55,274 bases of DNA from Candidatus Omnitrophota bacterium (GTDB taxonomy: Bacteria; Omnitrophota; Gorgyraeia; Zapsychrales; Zapsychraceae): positions 132,045 to 187,318 of the forward strand of contig JADFXQ010000001.1 in the NCBI GenBank assembly GCA_015233495.1, given 5' to 3'. The notes beneath the pieces were generated by a model. It was given only the letters and a program-made list of their open reading frames with translations. It did not search any database and had not been told where the DNA came from. Both the position numbers and the translations under genes were made by a program. How positions within the stretch are numbered: the first letter of the stretch is position 1; each line of letters starts with the position of its first letter. Below are positions 49,201-55,274 of the stretch, one piece after another.

Positions 49201-51814
49201 GGCCGTGCGCAACCATCACGCCGCCGGTTTCGTCGGCACGGACATTGGCGAACGCGCCATTCGGCGCATATGTGACAAGTTCCGAACGCGGCCCCTCGCC
49301 TGCCGCGAAAATATATCCCTCCGGCACAAACCGGCCGCCGCGCAAATGCGCGAACGCGTAAAACGCGTTTCGCGCTTGCGGCGTGTTTTCCCAGATCAGA
49401 CAGCCGCCCGCGTCATAAACATACATGAACATCCCGTTACGGCGAACCGCAGTCAAACCGTTCATCCCGCCTAAGGACTCAAGCTGGAATATGCGATCAC
49501 AAATTTTTAACTCCCCCTGCGGGGCAGTATTGACATTGATCACCACGCAGTCCGGATGCCGGGTCAAAACCCGGCGCGATACTCCTTCCGGTGAAGCCCA
49601 TACCAATTCCCCGCCGGATAATTTGCCGTTTTCCATAACACCGCCGACATAGACCGCGCGCATTGTCAAATTCTCCGCCGCCGCCGGGTCAAACCAAATG
49701 ATCTGTCCCTCTTTGTCATAAATCCGGACAATCACGCCGGCTTTGCGTTCCATAGTGACATCTTGGGCCAGCTCATATCCTTGTCTCTGCTTCCAGAACA
49801 ATCGCCCCAAAATAAACAATCCTCCTTCTTTGGTCAACTCCACGTTGCAAATCAACGCGTCCGGATAAAGTTTAAGATCCTCTTCGCTCAATCGGGCAGG
49901 AAACGCGCCGACATATTCACCGCCGACGCGCTTGCCTTCCACAATGGCCGCGTTGACATACACCGCGTTGGCGGATTGATCCGTAGGCTTGGCATAAACT
50001 TCCTCTCCCTCCGCAGTCACGACCTTCACATATTCCCCGGCCGATTTAAGGATGACAACTGATCTGCCGATCCACGGAAGTTGATATTGCAAAATCGATT
50101 CCCCGCCGATATGCAAAGCCCCGGCCGCGCCTTTAATCCCATAGCCAAAAGCAGCGAAATTGGCGCAATGTCCCAGCGCCTCCCGTCCCGGCCCCTTGGT
50201 CGCGCTGATATAGGGAACCAGAGTCCCGCTGATGAGTTTATAGCCGCGGTTAAAAACCGCGTCGCGATAGACTTGTTGCGGACGGACAACCAATTTGTCC
50301 CGGTTGCGGCGCTCGCTTTCTTGGGCGCATTCCAACCCAAAAAAATCCAGCATCGGCGCGTCAAGAACAAACAACCGGCATTCCGCGTCCGCCTGATAAA
50401 AGTCATGCGGCACCCAATACAAAAACGGAATCAAAGCGTCCATGCTGTTATGCCCTTCAGGTTTTTCATAACACAAAACCAGGAGCCGGCGGCATTCCGG
50501 TCTTTGTTTGCGCAAATTCCGCAAAAAATAAAAGGCCTTTCCGTCCAGCGGTTCCCGGCGGGCATATTCAATCCGCGCCGCGTCGAAAGCCACAGCCGTC
50601 TCCTCCATAGTCGCGGTCGATATCCCCCGGACTGAGCGGCTTTCATTCGCAACAACCCTCAGCCCGTAAAAAATAAACCCGCCATAAACAAGAACCGTTT
50701 CTTGAGGCCAGTCACTCAAACCAGCGGACAGACTGCGCGGCAGACTCAAATCTATTGTTTCTTTGGCGTTCGCGGGATCGAACGGGACAGAAGCCGGCAA
50801 ACTTCCCTTCGAGCTTCGGCGCTGTGCCTCCAGCATCTTATTAATCATCTCAAAAGGAAGAACCGGACTGGAACAATTCTGACCCGCGATGAAACGTTCC
50901 ATCTGACCAACCACAACATTGACACCGGACGTATTAATGATGCCCACATAGGCCAAAAATTTCCCGGTTTTCAAAGAACGAAAATCCAAACCACTCTGTT
51001 CTTCATAGACATGAGAAAAAACACCCAAATTTTGCATGCCGGCCACAAACGCGCCGCCTTGTGTACTGACGTCGATATAATATACGGATGTGACGCCAAA
51101 ATGTTGGATCAGCAAAACATGAATCAAAGCCATCAATTTTTTACGCCGATAATCCCTATGGGTGTGTTGGAATTTGATATATAAAACGTCCCCCCTCACG
51201 CGATATTCTACCCGCGCCAAAGGAGACAGTTGACCCGGCATTTTAATGATCAAATGATTTTCGAAATCGAAATTCTTAGCCACAACCTCAATCACATTAA
51301 CCCCATGGACCCTGCCCCATATGTCCAATCCCGGCCGCAGCGTTGCCGATAAAGTCGACTCCGCCGGCGATGCGGCGAGATAAATCCCCGGATCTGTCAT
51401 GAGAAGGCTGTTCAACTTTTTAACCATAAGTTGATAATATATGTCCCCATTAAGCATCAAAACAAATACGTCTGCCGCCTTGGTTACAAAATCCTCCCAG
51501 TATGTTCCGGAGACCTTAAAATACGCCTTTCGTTCTCTCAACAGTTGGAGCATGACGCGCTCGCTGTCATATCCGGCATGACGAAGATCGATCCAAGTTG
51601 CTTTGTCCCGCGGATTTTCGGAACTCAGCAACACCGACAATTCCAAGTCAAACCACTTTGCAACCAAATCACTGGGCTCGCCAAGAAACCTATTGAAATC
51701 AAACCCCGTTGTCCCCCGGGGAATGGATATATCAACTGATCTATCAATCGTTACGCGCGGGCGAACAATTTCCGTTTGCTCCCATAGGGATAAGCAGTCC
51801 CGGATCATGCCAAT
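46289..51814 (-). CDS. Giant modular protein, distal part (at least 1839 aa): ICL2-C-like GNAT domain, four ~100-aa repeats, SNF2-family helicase, acidic tail, C-terminal hydrophobic segment
   Basis: SNF2 motifs LADECGTGKT, IVDEAHRIRN, LLTATP, TGGESLNIQAAN and QAMFRVHRIGQ. The frame stays open upstream of ATG 51808 into the N gap, so the true start is probably further upstream. Confidence 0.85.
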   Translation of the reverse strand: MGMIRDCLSLWEQTEIVRPRVTIDRSVDISIPRGTTGFDFNRFLGEPSDLVAKWFDLELSVLLSSENPRDKATWIDLRHAGYDSERVMLQLLRERKAYFKVSGTYWEDFVTKAADVFVLMLNGDIYYQLMVKKLNSLLMTDPGIYLAASPAESTLSATLRPGLDIWGRVHGVNVIEVVAKNFDFENHLIIKMPGQLSPLARVEYRVRGDVLYIKFQHTHRDYRRKKLMALIHVLLIQHFGVTSVYYIDVSTQGGAFVAGMQNLGVFSHVYEEQSGLDFRSLKTGKFLAYVGIINTSGVNVVVGQMERFIAGQNCSSPVLPFEMINKMLEAQRRSSKGSLPASVPFDPANAKETIDLSLPRSLSAGLSDWPQETVLVYGGFIFYGLRVVANESRSVRGISTATMEETAVAFDAARIEYARREPLDGKAFYFLRNLRKQRPECRRLLVLCYEKPEGHNSMDALIPFLYWVPHDFYQADAECRLFVLDAPMLDFFGLECAQESERRNRDKLVVRPQQVYRDAVFNRGYKLISGTLVPYISATKGPGREALGHCANFAAFGYGIKGAAGALHIGGESILQYQLPWIGRSVVILKSAGEYVKVVTAEGEEVYAKPTDQSANAVYVNAAIVEGKRVGGEYVGAFPARLSEEDLKLYPDALICNVELTKEGGLFILGRLFWKQRQGYELAQDVTMERKAGVIVRIYDKEGQIIWFDPAAAENLTMRAVYVGGVMENGKLSGGELVWASPEGVSRRVLTRHPDCVVINVNTAPQGELKICDRIFQLESLGGMNGLTAVRRNGMFMYVYDAGGCLIWENTPQARNAFYAFAHLRGGRFVPEGYIFAAGEGPRSELVTYAPNGAFANVRADETGGVMVAHGRFVQNKPELAGRQDLTAVFHNGRPLAVCDAEGIILHRVDPDAFALVEQEELGMELNSDMIRSVVRTYGLVHGYTVLAKVFCIRSVATQDALLRRLVTLTEEEQALVTAPLPRGEFWQRNRDLGEKLPFQTSDVEWFTAVLIERTYALLADCTLAELTADLDQEAADESNAPLLRLAYANVSRYFKSLGSYRLHRPLKKLLRLFQLAAVQRILERKKFLLADECGTGKTLTAIAAAVNCRTDRMPKIMVVCPKSAMEWWEIEIRDSLDVEPGAVWVWGKDSSREDLAAATFVVVNYEALRSDNSGLRAQLKAIPFDFIIVDEAHRIRNDTLQTNAVMDFQAEHQLLLTATPLVGRRLKKLYYLFHWLTPELFPSLGAFKQSCRDPFAFQRDISPFMLARLKIDVAGDLPPVEIHNEYVDLPEEHRRFYDETRDQFHLWVRGRLGLTPWIVMLMKMEKLRQAAISVGLATAGEEDPDMDMAQNAKYNKVGEIVGRAADQEEKSLVFTRYVGVARYLHAVLARDYPEACVMISGSDSAAERQEKLSRFNAFSGRGVLIVTLGTGGESLNIQAANHVLFVDIPWTFQEFLQAMFRVHRIGQTRPVHVYRILAARTIEEDMVFVSRLSEIAHWFVIKGHDLANDHIQMMLGILARISGVSEAELLAAEEIFKTRREPTPAPGEEDETGLETAAVDGWMPVVDDEEEDLKVDEETVAISGASDDYGAVEIKHGKKKKHGKGSAAGEEHPAAEIGEPTEAPPRKRVVAAIKALAKCRTPEEIEAILKGVASCQDQVSHDQWTLLQAKAGEQVRGLSPETTALSSRAMLERIKADIETNDNAVARQVKMVFEKLKMPYKKERAMAIQMVLEEKNIARITENDVLTLSGDADGSLSDNPTGASPYGSTVQSSSTPVRTQKPRRRMKFVAVVLVFFFWGRVVLARLDVGNPFRGNRAVAGLFWGPPNPTEVLIEYLGILR

Positions 51815-51976
51815 NNNNNNNNNNNNNNNNNNNNNNNNNNNNNNNNNNNNNNNNNNNNNNNNNNNNNNNNNNNNNNNNNNNNNNNNNNNNNNNNNNNNNN
51901 NNNNNNNNNNNNNNNNNNNNNNNNNNNNNNNNNNNNNNNNNNNNNNNNNNNNNNNNNNNNNNNNNNNNNNNNNNNN
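51815..51976. other. Assembly gap (162 N)
   Basis: Run of N. Reading frames cannot be trusted across it. Confidence 1.
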
Positions 51977-54900
51977 GGATAAACCGCGCCGTCAGTGTGC
52001 CGGAGTTCTTCACACTGCGTCCGGATATCGTTTTCAGTCTCCGCGCATCCGCAACGGTTTTCCTTTACTTCCCGGTCAATGAGATATTCCCTGGCTTCGT
52101 CTACAGTTAATAAACCAAGGTCTCGCCGAGCTGTTTGATATTCGCCGCAATAAATTCGGTTTTCCCAATTCCGATCGAACTGCCCATGATTACCGCAAAT
52201 TAAAAAATGTTTTTCGTTATTCACATAAATCACAACAACTGCGTGTATGGTCCCGTGACTTTCCGAAGAGTCATCCAACTTTAATAACATTTCCATTTCA
52301 CACCGGTTCGGACTTTCGCCATCCGTGGCCAGATGATACCGTTGAGACAAGACTTGGGATAAAATATAAGAATAGTGGATACACCGACGGGTCATGCTCG
52401 GCCACTTAGCGCCCACGATATTAAACAGAATCGATTCCAATTCCCGGCATCCCAACCGGACCGCTTCCGCGTCGAACGCGGCAGGTGAGGAGCTCGGCGG
52501 CTCATCGGCAGGTCCGATCACGTCCTGAATACGGCAAATCCGATTAACTTCCGCGGTTTCCGCGACGACACATTGAGCGGCACATTTTGGGGCACACGCG
52601 GCCATATTCCCAGAATCGGAAATAAAACCGCAACTTAAACGCGACGAAGCAACTCTCCTTCGCAATTCTGCTTCCGTATCGCACAACCCGCAGGGGTTCT
52701 CGCTACAAGCTTGCCGAATCAGATATTCAAAGCCTTCCTCAACCGTCACCAGGCCGAGTTCCCGCAACGCGCTCGTGTACTCGCCGCAATAAATTCTATT
52801 TTGCCATGCGGCGTCGAATTGGGCATAATTCCCGTCGATCAAAATACGTTTTTTATTTCCGAGATAAACAACAACCACCACATGAGCGATGTGTTGACCG
52901 TCGGAAGGTTCATTCAGCTTCAATAAGATTTCCATTTCACACCGGTTGGGGCTCACTCCGTCTGTTGCCAATGAACATCGTCTGGCTAAAAACTGGGACA
53001 AAATAAAAGAATAATGAACGCAATGTCGCGACGTATTCGGCCAGAGCCCGCCAACGATAGGAAACAAAACCGGCTCCAATGCCCGACATACGGCGCGCAC
53101 TTTGTCGCTCAGCAGCGCAATACGAATAAATGGTGTCAGATCTCCCGATCCGGTTGGCACACATGAACTTGCAGCCATTTTTGCCGGACCGATAGATGTA
53201 TCGACGCTCAAATAACGCGTGTCGCGACGCTTCTTGCCTGTCCCCGTGTGGGGATGGCCGGCCGTTATCATTGCGCGCCATAACAACGGGCGCCCACAAG
53301 CCTGCCTGCCGCGGCAGGGGGCGCCCCTACAACTCGTCGCCAGCCATTGCAGTAATAAATTCCACTCAGCTTCGGAAAATGACAAATCCACCACACTCAA
53401 AACCATAGCTTGACGGGACAATAGGGAAATGCTATATTTCCAAATGAGAGGCAAATGATGATGAAGAATGACAATAAATATATTTCCGCCGATGTCAATA
53501 TCTGCCACGGGCAACCCTGTTTCAAAAATACCCGTATCATGGTATATCTCGTTTTTGAGCTTCTTGAAGCCGGCGAAACCTATGACCAAATATTGCATAG
53601 CTACCCCCAACTGACCCAAAAACATATTACTGCCGCTCTGCATTTCGCCGCTGAAATGATCAAAAACCAAGAATATGTCCCTTCCCTCCAGCCCGCCTAA
53701 ATATAAAATCATCGTCGACGAAAATATTCGCCGCGAAGTCGCCGAGCATCTCATAGCTATCGGGTGCGACGTCAAAATTCCGCCCAAAGGTCTAAAAAAC
53801 GGACAAGTCTTTAAATTGGCCATCGCGGAAGGCCGAATATTTCTTACCCATGACAAAGATTTTCTCGACCCGTTCTTGCACCCTGCCTCTTTAACCAATG
53901 GTATAGTCGTGATCCGCATCCACCCGCCAACGGTTCCGGTGATCTGCGCCTCTTTAGACCGGCTGCTGAAAGAACTCTCCCCGGAAAATTTGGATAAACG
54001 TCTTGTTCTGTTGCGAAACAATGGATACAAGCTCACATAGTCAACTTTTTCCGAAATAAATAAAAAGCCCATACACCTTGTTGTCTGTCCGATCTTTCCG
54101 GTTGGAAAGAAAACCGCGGCGAAACAGCCTTCATCCACCGGTGAACCAGCTGGGAGGTTGAGCGCCTGGCGCACTTCGGCGACTCCGCTGATGCCTTGTT
54201 CTTCCAGCGCCGCGAGTTCCTTAAGGACCAAGGCGAGACCCCAGGGATCGGCGGAGGTCGTGGTCTCGCCGGTGATTGGGTCGGTAGTGACAACCAATTT
54301 TGCCTCGTAGCAACGCGCGAATTTAATTTGCAGCAGATATACTGGTATATCTTTCAATGTGCCCCAAAACAACGCGACTTGATATCCCTTTATTGCCCAT
54401 TCCAGATCCTCTTCAGTCCTGTCTTTTTTGATCATACGGCTAAACGCGTCGCCGATATTGACATACACAGCTCTCCGGACATTATCAACCAACTCAATTA
54501 AATAATACCAGCGTGGATGTTCCAAATTCTGCAATACCGACAAAGGCGTATCTAATTCATGCTCATCCCCTGTGCCGAACCAATGATCTTCCCGTTTCAT
54601 CCGATTGCCGACATTCATGATTTGATTTTCCAAACAAGTCAGAATCCGCGCCAACATTTCCACGGCAAACAACCCATCCTCGGGCATTTCATTGCCAAAG
54701 TCGTCTTGATTTGCCGCGTCGGCTTTTTTGATGATATCCGTATATTTTTCTTCGTTGTAACAATAAAATAAATGTTCGAGAAATTTACCGATCTCCCCTT
54801 GATTTCGGTATATCCCCATTCCCGCCAAAATATTCCACACCGCCCCGTCGTGAAACGGCGCAATATACTGCCGCATTTCCCCGCGCCGTTCGGCGCCCGA

Positions 54901-55274
54901 TCTCGGCCAAGGATAAATGTGTAACGCATAATAAATCGTCGGCGAATAGGTTTTTCCCCATTCGGCCGTCTGGGGACAGTGACGAATGGCCTCGACTTCC
55001 GGCGGCAATCTCCTTGTGCATCCCACGACATCCAAAATCTGAAACTGCGCCCGGATAAATGCCGCGTCGCGGATCCGGCCCTCATTCCACGCCAACCGCT
55101 CAATCACCGCGTCAGCATAAGCCCGACGCAGGGCAACGCCCGCCCGATTCACAAACCGCCAACAAGCTGTCGCCACAGTGATTTGTTCTTCACCGCTCAT
55201 CACACTGTTCTGCCCCTCATCGGAAAATGACAAATCCACCACACTCAAAACCATAGCTTGACGGGACAATAGGG
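51977..55274 (-). CDS. Giant modular protein, proximal part (about 1100 aa, 5'-truncated): helical domain, read-through of an antisense TA cassette, two tandem transglutaminase/papain-like domains
   Basis: No stop codon in this frame from the window edge to the gap. Contains an internal ~150-aa duplication with C..H..D-type residues. Confidence 0.7.
53288..53330 (-). repeat. GTAG-family REP element interrupted by an 18-nt palindromic insert
   Basis: Minus strand GTAGGGGCGCCC[CCTGCCGCGGCAGGCAGG]CTTGTGGGCGCCC. Removing the insert leaves a GTAG tetranucleotide followed by a GC-rich hairpin. Confidence 0.75.
53372..53426 (+). repeat. 55-bp exact direct repeat, copy 1 (contains the -35 of the nested TA promoter)
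   Basis: TCGGAAAATGACAAATCCACCACACTCAAAACCATAGCTTGACGGGACAATAGGG is identical to 55220-55274. Confidence 0.97.
53410..53438 (+). promoter_or_regulatory. Putative sigma70 promoter of the nested DUF433-DUF5615 operon
   Basis: TTGACG-17 nt-TATATT with a TGn extension, followed by GAGAGG RBS (53446-51) and ATG. Same architecture as the promoters at 12435, 24143 and 45714. Confidence 0.8.
53455..53700 (+). CDS. DUF433 family antitoxin
   Basis: I..D.NICHGQPCFKNTRI.V..V...L..GET..QIL..YP.LT...I.AAL.FA is the DUF433 pattern. Promoter and RBS are present. Confidence 0.92.
   Translation: MMMKNDNKYISADVNICHGQPCFKNTRIMVYLVFELLEAGETYDQILHSYPQLTQKHITAALHFAAEMIKNQEYVPSLQPA
53675..54040 (+). CDS. DUF5615 family PIN-like toxin (VapC45/Mut7-C-like)
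   Basis: IIVDENI, A..EGRIFLTHDKDF and GIVVIR motifs. Overlaps the end of DUF433, as in the usual DUF433-DUF5615 pair. Confidence 0.9.
   Translation: MSLPSSPPKYKIIVDENIRREVAEHLIAIGCDVKIPPKGLKNGQVFKLAIAEGRIFLTHDKDFLDPFLHPASLTNGIVVIRIHPPTVPVICASLDRLLKELSPENLDKRLVLLRNNGYKLT
55220..55274 (+). repeat. 55-bp exact direct repeat, copy 2 (runs to the window end)
   Basis: Identical to 53372-53426. Confidence 0.97.

Noticed and set aside
51805..51808. Apparent ATGA stop/start overlap between ORFs 51805..55269 and 46289..51808
   Set aside because: The stop is reached only by assuming the N gap is exactly 162 nt, so it is not evidence for two coupled genes.
53372..55274. CRISPR array or IS/prophage att interpretation of the 55-bp direct repeat
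   Set aside because: Only two copies 1.85 kb apart, with no spacers, cas genes, transposase or integrase in the window.

Overview
Bacterial chromosome segment. The lineage is inferred as Candidatus Omnitrophota/PVC-like from gene order and the giant modular ORF; this is not verified. Positions 1-45.6 kb are mostly housekeeping genes: a minus-strand run purB-purC-purL-LOG-purQ-purM-purD-purE-[tsaC/LMW-phosphatase fusion]-rpiB-glyA; a polyprenyl synthetase; hemW; pgi; a BirA-regulated biotin operon (birA-bioF-bioH-bioC-bioDA, no bioB in the window); tRNA-Ala and tRNA-Leu; a PAS kinase/receiver/MCP trio; rlmN; accA; an L,D-transpeptidase; comM; a type IV pilin plus glycosyltransferase locus; and mutSL. 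The last ~9.5 kb is the most unusual part. It holds a brnTA toxin-antitoxin pair and then a minus-strand reading frame that is open at the window edge and interrupted only by a 162-N gap, probably one giant protein of about 3000 aa or more. Its modules are separated by S-S-P-type linkers: an unknown helical domain, two tandem transglutaminase/papain-like domains, an ICL2-C-terminal-like GNAT domain, four ~100-aa repeats and a SNF2 helicase. One 'module' is a complete antisense DUF433-DUF5615 toxin-antitoxin operon with its own promoter and a REP element, and the giant frame reads through it without a stop. Its 55-bp promoter segment recurs at the window end. Also noted: a 257-bp multi-hairpin element inside the pur operon and two tiny convergent Lys-rich 'MAVKK' peptides.
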